Assembly: GCA_032718475.1 (NCBI GenBank)
Contig: JAUCBJ010000511.1
Location: 1 to 34,013, forward strand
DNA: 34,013 nucleotides
Reading direction: 5' to 3'
From: Nemertoderma westbladi
Taxonomy: Eukaryota > Animalia > Xenacoelomorpha
The position numbers and the translations under genes are program-made. Of this stretch, positions 1-10,643 are shown piece by piece (the stretch's first letter is position 1; the number at the start of each line of letters is the position of its first letter). The notes under the pieces are model-generated. The model was not told where the DNA came from, searched no databases, and saw only the letters and a program-made list of their open reading frames with translations.

Positions 1-27
1 GTGGATACAGCGCCATATACCGTAACA
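1..27 (-). mobile_element. Terminus of a second copy of the BEL/Pao LTR, running off the left window edge
   Basis: 1-27 (gtggatacagcgccatataccgtaaca) is the exact reverse complement of 1824-1850 (TGTTACGGTATATGGCGCTGTATCCAC). Identity stops exactly at the TG terminus and the flanks differ. Confidence 0.65.
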
Positions 28-343
28 CTAGCGATAGATGATTGCAATGATCTGAAACTCATGTTATGTAATGCATATATCAAGGGCTTTCCAATAACGT
101 TTTTTGCATTGTGAAATTAACAAGATCAGATGTGCCACATTGAGTTTGAAAAATTGAATTTTTAAAAAAAATCTGAGAAATTTAACAAAATATAGCAGTT
201 TTAATTTACCGAAAAATCTAGCGATAGATGATTGCAATGATCTGAAACTCATGTTATGTAATGCATATATCATGGGCTTTCCAATAACGTTTTTTGCATT
301 CTGAAATTGACAAGATCAGAGGTGTCACATTGAGTTTGAAAAC
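28..343 (+). repeat. ~190-bp unit tandem repeat (about 1.7 copies)
   Basis: ctagcgatagatgattgcaatgatctgaaactcatg... starts at 28 and again at 218 with high identity. Confidence 0.9.
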
Positions 344-700
344 TTAACTAATTCTATATGGGAATGTGCTGGTCCCCCATGAGTTAGTTCAACTATTACT
401 GACCTGGCCATCTTTACATTGCCGCCATACACAGTAACTAACCTGTCATAAGCCACCTCAGAGGCATTGTCATCACCTATAAACGTACCACCAATTCCTT
501 CAGTTGACCTCTCAACTGTTGGTATAGGTAGTTGAATTTCTCAGTCGGTGAGAAATCCTGTTGTGCGACATTGGTCTTGATATAGTTGATGAAGGTTCTC
601 CAATGTTTAGATAAACCAGTGAAGTGCGGAGGATGTAATGGAGGAAGACTGTGTCTCGCACTGAACCTAAGAACCCGCACTGTTCTCTTCATTGACTGCT
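341..700 (-). pseudogene. Degenerate BEL/Pao gag (DUF1759-type capsid) fragment with one frameshift near 480
   Basis: Translates as RHSLPPLHPPHFTGLSKHWRTFINY...TEKFNYLYQQL, then after a 1-nt shift IGDDNASEVAYDRLVTVYGGNVKMARSVIVELTHGG. This is colinear with RQGLPTQQPQKFMGNHKHWRTFKTY...NEKFNYLLQML...FVGNERAFELAMKTLSDIYGNKTKMAQSIVEDLGKGG in ORF 5042..10063. Confidence 0.88.
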
Positions 701-1084
701 CACATTGAGTCGGGCTTACTGACTGCGTACCGGCCTACCGATTTTAGCAGTCTTCCGACATTGGCAGTATTCCGTCCAAAAATTGGTAGTAGGCCTACCG
801 GACCGGTTTAACTGCACGAATTGAACAAAATCACCTATTATTACATTTTTAATTTTAAATTATATGTAATTGTGGAAATGCTGCAATTTAATATTATTGT
901 ACTGTTGTTGTTGTAGTAAACTGTCCTACTGTACTTCAGTACTTTGTTGCATGGCCTTTATGAATGAAGCAAAAGGGTCATGGAGTAACAGTAGTAGATG
1001 AAGTAGGTGCGTAGTACTGGTAAGGAGATTCACACACTCAGTTTTCATACATTTAGATCTTCAATTTTGAAATTTAAAAAATGA

Positions 1085-1378
1085 TAAATGTATTACATAA
1101 CATGAGTTTCAGATCATTGCAATCATATCTGTGGCTAGATTTATCGGTGAATTAAAACTGCTATATTTTATTAAATTTATCAGATTTTTTAAAAAAATTC
1201 AATTTTTCAAACTCAATGTGACACATGTGATCTTGTCAATTTCACAAGGCAAAAAACGTTATTGGAAAGCCCATGATATATGCATTACATAACATGAGTT
1301 TCAGATCATTGCAATCATCTAGCGCTAAATTTATCAGTAAATTAAAACTGGTATATTTAGTTAAATTTCTCAGATTTT
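1085..1378 (-). repeat. Inverted copy of the ~190-bp unit repeat (about 1.5 copies)
   Basis: attacataacatgagtttcagatcattgcaatcat occurs at ~1092 and ~1284 and is the reverse complement of the 28-343 unit. Confidence 0.9.
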
Positions 1379-1823
1379 GTGACTCGTGTGACACCTCTTC
1401 CACTAAATATTTTTCAAAACGGTTTTTTGCATATATTATATTTTTGTTTTTTTGTTATACATATTTGCTATATTAAAATGGCAAAATATGTCGAAGTTTC
1501 CAAGCAATTGGGGCAAAAAAGTGATTTTTGTAACACCCTACCAGACATGCACCATGACTGGCTAGATTGAGGGGACTACCGGTTGTCAGCGCCTCAAGAA
1601 CCCCAGTAGTTCCAGATAGGGAGGACCGAATGACCCCTCCGCAAGAAGGGATCTGAATCCCGATTTTTCCAACTTTTCGTCGACTGTTCCAGGAGAAGTA
1701 CTTCTGCAGTCACTTCTGCAACATGTTTTCGTATTTACAATTAAGGATATACAATATTTGAATTACATCACTGAGTTACCAGCTGGACTAAATATGTTTA
1801 TAAATATAAATATGTAGCTTATA

Positions 1824-4800
1824 TGTTACGGTATATGGCGCTGTATCCACATTATTAGCCGATGCAGTACACATTATTAGCTATTATGCAGTACGCATTA
1901 TTAGCCATTATGTATCCACATTATTAGCCATCATACAGTATAATATGTTTGTTATTGTGCAGCATAATATTTTAGATAAGGCATAATAGCGCAATGATAT
2001 TTAGATAGGGAAATCGAAACGCCCATATATTTTGAATTCATCAATTTTGTATAGTATGTAGCCCTACCTACGTAATTTTGTATTAGGATATAGGTAGATA
2101 GTTCCAGGGTAGCAAGTTCAGTCGAACCCTGGATTTTGTGCTTGCTGTTATTAGCTTTGATAGGGCTAGCATATAGGGACGCTATCCTGACCATTCCGCA
2201 GCCAGGGACATGATCCATTACCATATATGGTAATAATTTGAGGGTTTGGGAAGCAATAGGGCTACAATCCGGCCTTCTTATTGGACTAACTGCTTCCAGG
2301 TTGGCCTAATGCTAGCGCGGACTGGAGAGCCAATAGGAGAGCGATTGCGTCACCTTATTGCATCACCCACTCGGATCACCTATAAATTGGTGGTTTGCCG
2401 GTAGAGCTGTACCACAACCACCCACCTCTCAACTCAATCCACATATTTAGTACCATTAAGTTAGAAGTATAATTTTGCGTATTTCTGCAATTTGCTATTT
2501 TTTGATTAATTTCTTGAAATGATTTGTTAGTGCTACTATTCTCAATTGCGTTTCTCAATCAATCCTATCGATTACTGCTAATTACAATCGGAACTATGAT
2601 TTCTACCCGTTTTGTTAATGGTTCTATGTGATTCATTTCTACGCAATAATCCTAAGGGATTTTCTGAGACTGTCAGACTTTTGTGATTTTGCATGCGCCG
2701 CTACGGTAGCTATTCAAATAAATGAAGGGCTAAGGTGCCGGTAGGCGGTGGGCGCATCGGGGGGTTGGGCGACTAAGGGAGAGCGGAGGATTCAAAGGCG
2801 AGCAACGCTGGCGGGGGGTCACCGTTGCGGTTGGGCAATTTGCATTGTAGCGTGGGGGCAGCTCGCTGGTACAGTAATTAGGGGGCTGATGATCCAGATT
2901 TTGTCTCAATCTTGTAGCGTTAGGGGGCAGGAATTGGGTTAGTTAGGAAGCCTAGATGTACCCGGGAGAGGTCTGCGTGCCTTACAATTGCGAATTGCAT
3001 GCATTGCGAATTATTATATTGTGCTGTGTAATTGCGAATTGCGTGCATTGCGAATTGTGTAATTGCGGATTGTACAATTGCGAATCGCGCATTGCGAGCT
3101 GTGATTGCTGACGCTGATTGGTGTGTTACTAAAGTGTGCCTAAGATTACGAATGCTTAGATAGGCGCTCTTTTCCCTTTGATTGATTTCTATCTCTTAGT
3201 TTACTGTAAATAATTACTGATTAGGTCAAAGTAATACAGTATTTTAGGCTGTTACATATTTGTGACTGTAATTAATTAGTAAAATTAAGAATTAGTACGC
3301 AGCATAGCGGAGAGTAGCTAAGGTAATAATTAGAGTACCGTAAACTATTCACGCTGAGCGGTTATTTGAATTAGCGGGCAATAAGCTAGATCGCAGTATT
3401 CAGTACGCAAAACGCATTAGTAATTTGCTGGCCTAAAGCCAGCCGCAGACAAGTTTAGTCCCACTATAGGTATTAGCCCTAATAAACACTGTACCATTTT
3501 GATTATTTTAAATATTCTCGCATTCACACATTCCGTTAGGGAACCCCAGTATTCGCGATTAGAAAAGACGTAGGCATTGGCGTACTTTAACAGTAAGATT
3601 AGGCGTAAGAATATACTCTGAGTGTAAAACCTCTCACACTCGTTTTAAGTCAGCTTAGGGAGCCGATTCGGGTTTGTTGTTTTGGTTATTCCCGCGTGGC
3701 TCATATATTCGAACAGTTAGCTCTCTATCGAGTAATTGGTAGAGAAAGGAACAAGAAATTAGCAGGAGCCGTAGAAAATTAGTAAAACATATTAGCGGAC
3801 AGCAGGTTAGCGCCATCTAACGGTAAGTAGCGGTTTTGTATTTAGCAGCCCCTCACATTAGCAATAATACGCTCCTGATTGCCCTGTCTAATAAATAGAG
3901 CAGTTTTGTGTCTTTATTGGTTAGGCCGGGGTAGTTTGTTTAACAGTAAGGCACGTGTATTTTGTTTGCTGTAGGCTGTAGCGTACAGTAAATAGAGTAT
4001 TCTTAGGCTGTTAGTTTAGATTACTGTATTCATTGGTTGCGTGCAGTAGTACAGTAGTACATTAGCGCATTAGGCTGATTGCTGTTACTGCGTACGGTAG
4101 AAAGGACATTTGTTTTGCTGTACCACGTACAGTATTCTTTAGGCTGTTAGGTTAGTGCTGTTCTACCTACTGTACTGCGTACAGTGGATGTACGGTAGTG
4201 CGTTTTACTAATTGCGAATACAGCAGTTCCTTAGGCCTTAGGGCAAATTGTAATTAGTAAGTTTTTTGAAAATTTTAGCTAGGTTTGCGAGAATTCAGTT
4301 TCGGTCAAAATTATTTGTAAAATTCTAGAGTTTTGTACCGGTATGTTAGGTAACCGCTTAGTTATTTTATACCATCTGGAGATACATGGCAAGACGGAAC
4401 TTCTGAGTTTGGGGTTCGTGTGGGTCTGCGGGTTCGGTTTGCAATCAGCGAAGGGACTGAAACTTTGGACGCGGACGTGGAATCTCACAGCAAACAAGGT
4501 TAGTTGTTCTGTTGGCACCAGTGTGTTTGTGGAAGCAGTAAAAAATTATCGGTTGTTTGACTGCGAAGCTGAACTCAATTTATTAGTTAGGATATTTAGG
4601 TTTAGCCGGCCATGGTTTTTTGAATCGCTCAAGTTAGAGAGAGAGTTAGAGAGAGTCGCAACCCGAAGATGTAGCCACGCGCTAGTGGATACATATAATA
4701 TTTGAAATTAAAATTACGTTGATTAGAGCTATATATGCAAAATTGGAATTATTTGGGTGGCAAATTCATTCTGAATATTTTGTATTAGATTCAGAAATTA

Positions 4801-7800
4801 TTTTGTGTCATACCGGTATTTAAATTGCTATAATAGCTATATAATAATATTTATTTAAATATTGTGCTAGTATTTGCTATAACTATACCTTATTAAATTC
4901 ACAATATTGCATTGCGAATTTATTTGACATTTTGGACCAACTGATTATTAGACAAATAATTTGACTGTATTTCGGTTAAACTATAATTATATCTCGAAAT
5001 TTTGCGAGATATTTTGCCGGAAGGCAACCATTATTTAGACTATGAGTGTCTCAGACAAGGAGGCACTAGAGGACAGCTATGAGACGGCGGCTGGACCGCC
5101 GACTGACTATAGCGTCAATATTACTGTTGACGACAATGCCGACTATGACGACGCAGCGAGCGACGCTGACGTAAGTAAACTGGAGGACGAGACAGTAACT
5201 AGTGAGGAAGAACAGCAACCTCAAGTAATAGTATTAGGATCCCCTACCGCTACTGTAAGGAAGGATTGTACAGCAACCCGGACAGAGGTGAGTGATAGGG
5301 AGGGTAGTGTAGCAGAGGCGAGAGCCCGGAGCCCAGTTTCCAGACCTGTGGGTATGGTAAGTGCCGTGGTCCCGACGGCTGTAAGGAGTACCCGTAGTTC
5401 CCGAAATAATCCTTCAAGTCCACCAAGTGTAAGTCAGGTAAGCGAGAGAGAACTTGATATCGCGATAAAGAAGAAACTTCGCGCGCACGCCGGACATATA
5501 ACTCGGACGACGGACAAGGTAAGGAAGATGTTAGCTGATTCAGCGAACATCGGGAGGGTAGAGTTAGTAGAGATTAGAAGAGGATATAACTCAGCGTTAT
5601 TCAAGCAGACAGAGGAGCTTGCAGTCCTAGCGAAGAAGGCAGTAGAGTCTCAGTCGAGCGACGTGGCGACGAGGGTTTACGATAGGGTTTTGGCAGCCCT
5701 GTTGGAGCACCGCGCGTTATCGGAGCGACTTCGGCGAGTTAGGACGGAGAACTGGCTGCTATGGTCATCACAAGCGCAGGCGACTCAGGTGAGTGACGTA
5801 GAGTTAAGAGACTTAGTGGAGCGGGAAGAGATCCAAGATAAGGAAGAGCGCCGTTATCAGAGGGAAGTTACTAGCTGGCTGATGCAGAATGGAGTGGTGG
5901 TACCGGGCCAGGTGCTACCGACGACGGAGAACATTCAACAGAGGACGTTAACTCCACCCGACAACGCATCTAGAGACAGTGGCGATTCCCAGGTTAGTCA
6001 CGCGCGAGGGAAGGTTATATGTGCTAGATCCCTTGTTTCGCACAACTCGGCGGAGGAGAGAAGACGCCGACTGGACGAACAACAGACGGAAGTTTTGCGT
6101 GCATCGGAAGCACGGAAGGAAGCCGAACGAGAAAGGGAGCGAACACGTAAGTTAGACTCAAAGTTGCGGGAGTTGGAAGAGAAAGGTAAGCGTGAGCAAG
6201 CGGATCGCGAACAGAAGGAACGCGAACTCCAACTTGAACGCGAACTCCAACTTGAACGCGAACAGAAAGAATGCGAACAGAAAGAACGCGAACAGAAAGA
6301 ACGTGAACTCCGACTTGAACGCGAACGGGAAGCGAAGAAACGCGAATTCCAACTTGAACGCGAACGCAAGGAACGCGAACTCGAGATCGAGAAAGAGCGA
6401 CAAGCGTTGTATGAAGAAAAGGCGTGTGTAGAAGAAGAGAGCGCGGTGAGACGAGCGAGGGAAGAAGAAGAACGTAAACTGGCGCAGTTGGAAAGTGCGA
6501 GATTAAGTTTAGAGAGCGAAGAACGGACTAGGAAGGCGAACGAAATCGCAGAGAAGGGGATGCGAATGATCGAAGAATGTGGGGCGAGTGTAGGTACCGA
6601 GTTGCGAGAACTGTTCGCACTGCAGAAGGCCGAACAGGAAGCGAGAACTCCGACCATACGCGAGTCGACGACGACCAGAATTCCTATACCCGGCCCAGCT
6701 ATTACGAGTACTCGGATCACTAAACCGTTCTCTACATATCGCACGCCAGTTGGTATTAGTGCTTCACCCATCGCCCAGGATCCACGGCATCAGAACACCG
6801 CACCACTATATACCGAACGCGACAACGAAGAATTTAGAGAAGAAACTCCGACGGGCCGAGTATTGGGCGAACCGAACCCGCGGGTTTGGAATACGCGGAC
6901 GGAGCGCCGACCCAGTTCGACGGAGAACTTCCGGGTTAAACCGGAAGAGGGATCATATGAGAGACAGCGGGTTACTCAGATAGAGCCGACTATACAACAG
7001 GACCCTAGCCAGGAATTTATTACGAGGGATGAGTTGAGTGCTAGTTTAGCGCAAGCTATATCGCCGCACATCCAACCTATAACGGACATGCTTAGCAACC
7101 TACGGTTAAAGGAAGCAGCCCAGGTAAGAAGTAATTCTAATCCTAGCAGGCCTGAGTTAGACAAAGTCCAGCCTAGTCAACGAGTACGCATATCGGAGGA
7201 GACTATACCACATAGACCTCAGGTAAGGATGCCTGTCCCGAATATTCATAATCCCAATTTCGAAAACTCAGCCGAGAAATTTATTGAGGAGGCTTGGGTC
7301 AGGGCCTCGGCGCGCAAACCATCGCGAGCGCTAAGGACTGACACCGAATCAAGCGATGAAGAGGAAGACATGAGACGTCAGAAGTCCCGAAACTATAAGG
7401 AAAGAAGGACGGACGCGGAGCAGGTAAGTTGGAACCACCGGGAAAGGACCAGACTTAACAACCCTGCGGAACTAAACCATTTGTTAACCCGGAACGACGC
7501 AACCCTTAGGGACATAGGTAAGTTTGCTGCTAGGCAAGGACTGCCGACGCAACAACCCCAGAAGTTTATGGGTAACCACAAGCACTGGAGGACTTTCAAA
7601 ACCTATGTCGACGAGCAGCTAACCAACAGCACGTTTACTCCCAACGAGAAGTTCAACTATTTGCTTCAGATGCTCCATCGAGAACCTAGAGCCATTGCTG
7701 ACAACTTTGTCGGCAATGAAAGGGCATTTGAGTTGGCAATGAAGACGCTTAGCGACATCTACGGGAATAAAACCAAGATGGCGCAGTCGATAGTAGAAGA

Positions 7801-10045
7801 CTTGGGTAAGGGCGGAAGGATTACAACTCCGTTAGAGCTGTTGAACTTAGCGAACGCTATTTCGAACGCATTGGACATCTTGAGGACGGTGAATCTACCT
7901 CATCATGGTGATCACGCCGAAGTTTTAAAAAGCGTAATAAGACGTTTAAACATGCGTTACAGACAGAAATGGCGCAAATTAGAGAATAAGTTGGAAGGTC
8001 AAGGTAAAGTATTGACACTTCAGCATATTCATGACATGATAGCCACAGACGCAGTAGCAGAGATGAAATCAAACTTCTCAGAGGAGAATATGAGAGAGTC
8101 TAAACCTGTTACCGGTAAGTCTATGGTAAGTTTTGACGATGACAGGACCACTGTGACATTTAACTCAGTAGACAGATATAATTCGAGTACCCCAGCCTTT
8201 AGATCAGACTCGCGAGTATGGTCAGGTGAGCGGTTAGATAGACCTAGGTTAAAGCAACAGGAGTTGCCGGATGGATTTGTAGGTTGCCAATACTGTTTAC
8301 TAAAGGAGGTAAAATCTGACGACCATAAGTTAGACAGTTGCAGACGGTTCAAAGAATTAAATTCGGAACAGAGAAGAGTTCAAGTGCGGACGTTGGACAC
8401 CTGTTGGGCATGTCTTGCGCCAGGCCATGTATGGCGGCAGTGCCCGAACAGCAAGGACGGATGCATGGAATGCGGCAGACTACATCACAAGTTGCTACAT
8501 GCGGATTTCCATACCCCAACGGACCGTTACTTACAGCGAAATCCTCACAGGAAGGGGAGCAAAGAACCCGTATCAATAAGGAGGAATACGTACACCGGCA
8601 TCCAGGACGATGGTTACCAACCAGGTTCGTCGGATGAGGATGGCGAATCGAGCGCGAGAGAAGTGACCTGCCAAGGTTTCACTGCGGATAGTTCATCAAC
8701 CAGCGCGCGGACGTATTTATCATCGGCCACGTCGGAAATATTTAGCGTGATTCCGGTGAAACTCACTGGAGATAAGGGATCGAAGCGAATATATGTGATG
8801 TTGGACACTGCGTCCACATTATCGTATATCGACGAGGAAGTGGCGAGAGCCGTTTCTTGCTTCCAGGACGCCGAGGAGATCCAAATAGAGTTGAAGTCTA
8901 TGCATGGGGTAGGAGACCTCAAGGGACACAGGATATCTGTAGAACTAGACTCCCTACTTCCGAGAGACCAACATACTCGACAAGAACGGAAAGCTTTGCC
9001 ATTGGACGGATTTAAGTGTCTAGCTATGAAGGGATTCGGCAGGCAGTTAGGTAAGGTGCCGCCGATGAGTCCCATAGCACAGGAGTATTTTGACAAGCTC
9101 AGCATACCCAGACACCAGGTAGGTTATAGGAATGTTTCTATGTTGATTGGTGCAGAACAGCTGATCGCACACCAGATATGGGAAACGAGACCAGCTGAGC
9201 CGCATGTCAATGGACCACATGCCCATAGGACCATACTAGGTTGGTATACACGAGTACCCATGTCTTATGAGTTTACAGGTGGCGGCAAGCCAATGGACAG
9301 ATACGACGAATTACAGCCTATAACTCAACCACCGTTAGTAGAACCACCAGACATAGACGAGTTTAGGAGAACCTGTATTGACCACTATAGTGACTTTAGC
9401 GAGTCGGACGAGGAGTTGATTCCCGATAATGTTAGGTTGTCGGAACCACTTCACAACGACCGGACAGATAGTGAACCCGAGGACTACTGTTATCAGACCC
9501 GTGGGTCTGGTTCAGCGGCCCACGCTACTTATCTGAGTAATGTTTTGACTTATACCAATATAGTGGAGGGTCAAGTGGCTAAATATCGAGACCTAGACAT
9601 TTTCCAATACAGTGAGGAGGAGCTACAGAAGGAATTGATACGCCAGGACCTCGAGACAGGAGCCAGAACCGTCGAATGGCTGGATAGGGACGCAATGGAA
9701 CCCGGTGGATATGACCTAGCCATGTCTACTGATGAGAAACGGTCGCTGGAGATGATGGAAGATACCATACGTCTGCTACCGACTGGACATTTTGAAGTTG
9801 GAATGTTGTGGCGTCGACAACCACCTAAGTTGGAGAACAACTACAGCTTAGCCTTGAAAAGATTGAACGGAGTAAGGGCTCGGTTGTTGAAGAATCCGGA
9901 CATTAGGGAGAAGTATTGCGCCCAGATCAACAACTATTTCGCCAAGGGATTTGCTGGGAAGGTAGAGGACCCTGACTTAGTGACAGACCAGACTTATTAC
10001 CTTCCACACCACTATGTGACTCACCCTGACAAGCCTGACAAGATT
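1824..10045 (+). mobile_element. BEL/Pao LTR retrotransposon, 5' part (putative 5' LTR plus leader, gag, protease, start of RT), interrupted by a Penelope-like element
   Basis: TG-starting terminus shared with 1-27, short attattagc subrepeats at 1851-1930, TATAAA at 2381 and a downstream gag-pro ORF. The LTR 3' end and PBS were not identified, so linking 1824 to the ORF is an inference. Confidence 0.7.
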
Positions 10046-10063
10046 ACTAAGACGAGTTGGTAG
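5042..10063 (+). CDS. BEL/Pao Gag-Pol polyprotein, truncated (coiled-coil N-terminus, DUF1759-type capsid, three Zn knuckles, aspartic protease, first RT motif)
   Basis: Three Cys/His knuckles CQYC-x9-H-x4-C, CWACLAPGHVWRQC and CMECGRLHHKLLH; protease YVMLDTASTLSYI...MLIGAE; Pao-type GHFEVGMLWR...NNYSLALKRL and YYLPHHYVTHPDKPDKI. The expected RVVFD continuation is replaced by foreign sequence at ~10046. Confidence 0.95.
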   Translation: MSVSDKEALEDSYETAAGPPTDYSVNITVDDNADYDDAASDADVSKLEDETVTSEEEQQPQVIVLGSPTATVRKDCTATRTEVSDREGSVAEARARSPVSRPVGMVSAVVPTAVRSTRSSRNNPSSPPSVSQVSERELDIAIKKKLRAHAGHITRTTDKVRKMLADSANIGRVELVEIRRGYNSALFKQTEELAVLAKKAVESQSSDVATRVYDRVLAALLEHRALSERLRRVRTENWLLWSSQAQATQVSDVELRDLVEREEIQDKEERRYQREVTSWLMQNGVVVPGQVLPTTENIQQRTLTPPDNASRDSGDSQVSHARGKVICARSLVSHNSAEERRRRLDEQQTEVLRASEARKEAERERERTRKLDSKLRELEEKGKREQADREQKERELQLERELQLEREQKECEQKEREQKERELRLEREREAKKREFQLERERKERELEIEKERQALYEEKACVEEESAVRRAREEEERKLAQLESARLSLESEERTRKANEIAEKGMRMIEECGASVGTELRELFALQKAEQEARTPTIRESTTTRIPIPGPAITSTRITKPFSTYRTPVGISASPIAQDPRHQNTAPLYTERDNEEFREETPTGRVLGEPNPRVWNTRTERRPSSTENFRVKPEEGSYERQRVTQIEPTIQQDPSQEFITRDELSASLAQAISPHIQPITDMLSNLRLKEAAQVRSNSNPSRPELDKVQPSQRVRISEETIPHRPQVRMPVPNIHNPNFENSAEKFIEEAWVRASARKPSRALRTDTESSDEEEDMRRQKSRNYKERRTDAEQVSWNHRERTRLNNPAELNHLLTRNDATLRDIGKFAARQGLPTQQPQKFMGNHKHWRTFKTYVDEQLTNSTFTPNEKFNYLLQMLHREPRAIADNFVGNERAFELAMKTLSDIYGNKTKMAQSIVEDLGKGGRITTPLELLNLANAISNALDILRTVNLPHHGDHAEVLKSVIRRLNMRYRQKWRKLENKLEGQGKVLTLQHIHDMIATDAVAEMKSNFSEENMRESKPVTGKSMVSFDDDRTTVTFNSVDRYNSSTPAFRSDSRVWSGERLDRPRLKQQELPDGFVGCQYCLLKEVKSDDHKLDSCRRFKELNSEQRRVQVRTLDTCWACLAPGHVWRQCPNSKDGCMECGRLHHKLLHADFHTPTDRYLQRNPHRKGSKEPVSIRRNTYTGIQDDGYQPGSSDEDGESSAREVTCQGFTADSSSTSARTYLSSATSEIFSVIPVKLTGDKGSKRIYVMLDTASTLSYIDEEVARAVSCFQDAEEIQIELKSMHGVGDLKGHRISVELDSLLPRDQHTRQERKALPLDGFKCLAMKGFGRQLGKVPPMSPIAQEYFDKLSIPRHQVGYRNVSMLIGAEQLIAHQIWETRPAEPHVNGPHAHRTILGWYTRVPMSYEFTGGGKPMDRYDELQPITQPPLVEPPDIDEFRRTCIDHYSDFSESDEELIPDNVRLSEPLHNDRTDSEPEDYCYQTRGSGSAAHATYLSNVLTYTNIVEGQVAKYRDLDIFQYSEEELQKELIRQDLETGARTVEWLDRDAMEPGGYDLAMSTDEKRSLEMMEDTIRLLPTGHFEVGMLWRRQPPKLENNYSLALKRLNGVRARLLKNPDIREKYCAQINNYFAKGFAGKVEDPDLVTDQTYYLPHHYVTHPDKPDKITKTSW

Positions 10064-10094
10064 AATGTTGAAACCATAATAAAATGAGTTTACA

Positions 10095-10153
10095 GTGCAA
10101 GTACGGACGTTTCGTTATTTACTAATAACATCATCAGCGTAAATAAGCGGCAC
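10095..10153 (-). ncRNA. Minimal type I hammerhead ribozyme in the Penelope-like 3' region
   Basis: Minus strand reads GUGC..UACG-CUGAUGA-U-GUUAUU-AGUA-AAUAAC-GAAAC-GUC^CGUA..GCAC. Both catalytic boxes are intact, stem II is 6 bp, stem I is UACG/CGUA extended by GUGC/GCAC, and stem III is the palindromic ACGU. Predicted cleavage lies between 10106 and 10105. Confidence 0.88.
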
Positions 10154-10249
10154 AAACAGACAATAAAACAGTTATACAATTAAACCTAGTGTAGGACTAC
10201 AACAAAAGTTCAAATTACCCGCCAATTCCTAACAAGAAGTACTGTAAGC

Positions 10250-10625
10250 TCAAAACAAAAATAAGGGAAAAGATGATTCTTGGATGTTGAGAGAAGGTCT
10301 GTATTTTCGAATTAGTATGCTTTCCTTAATTAAGATGTCATAACTGTTCGAAGCACGGGAGAAAATTGAAAAGTCATCATAATGTACACTATGATTTGTT
10401 TCAAGTGAGTGATCACGTATAGCTGAGTGCTTGGGTGTGCGACAGGTTTTCCCGTGCGGGGTGATAACCCTAGATGCTCCGACACTCTGACCTTATAGTG
10501 GCGTATTGATTTGCCAAAATAAGTGGCCGCACAGCCACTGCACTTAAATTTATAAATGGTCAGGGGACGGAGCTCTGAGGGTAATTTATCCTTAAACGGG
10601 AAAAAGCTACTTAAGCGACAGGAGG
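10250..10625 (-). pseudogene. Penelope-like GIY-YIG endonuclease C-terminal domain, frameshifted near 10432
   Basis: FFPFKDKLPSELRPLTIYKFKCSGCAATYFGKSIRHYKVRVSEHLGLSPRTGK, then in another frame SAIRDHSLETNH...ILIKESILIRKYRPSLNIQESSFPL. These are canonical PLE GIY-YIG motifs. Confidence 0.9.
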
Positions 10626-10643
10626 GAAGGGAGATAAGAGCGT

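Noticed and set aside
64-1476. Duplicated small gene MIYALHNMSFRSLQS (64..273 minus and 1273..1476 plus)
   Set aside because: Both ORFs derive from the inverted ~190-bp repeat and diverge where the repeat ends. No protein motif is recognisable.
4343-4705. 120-aa ORF in the BEL leader as an accessory or env gene
   Set aside because: No recognisable motif, and its composition matches the surrounding non-coding leader.
5998-9840. Antisense and alternate-frame ORFs within the BEL ORF
   Set aside because: Shadow ORFs of low-complexity or codon-biased coding sequence.
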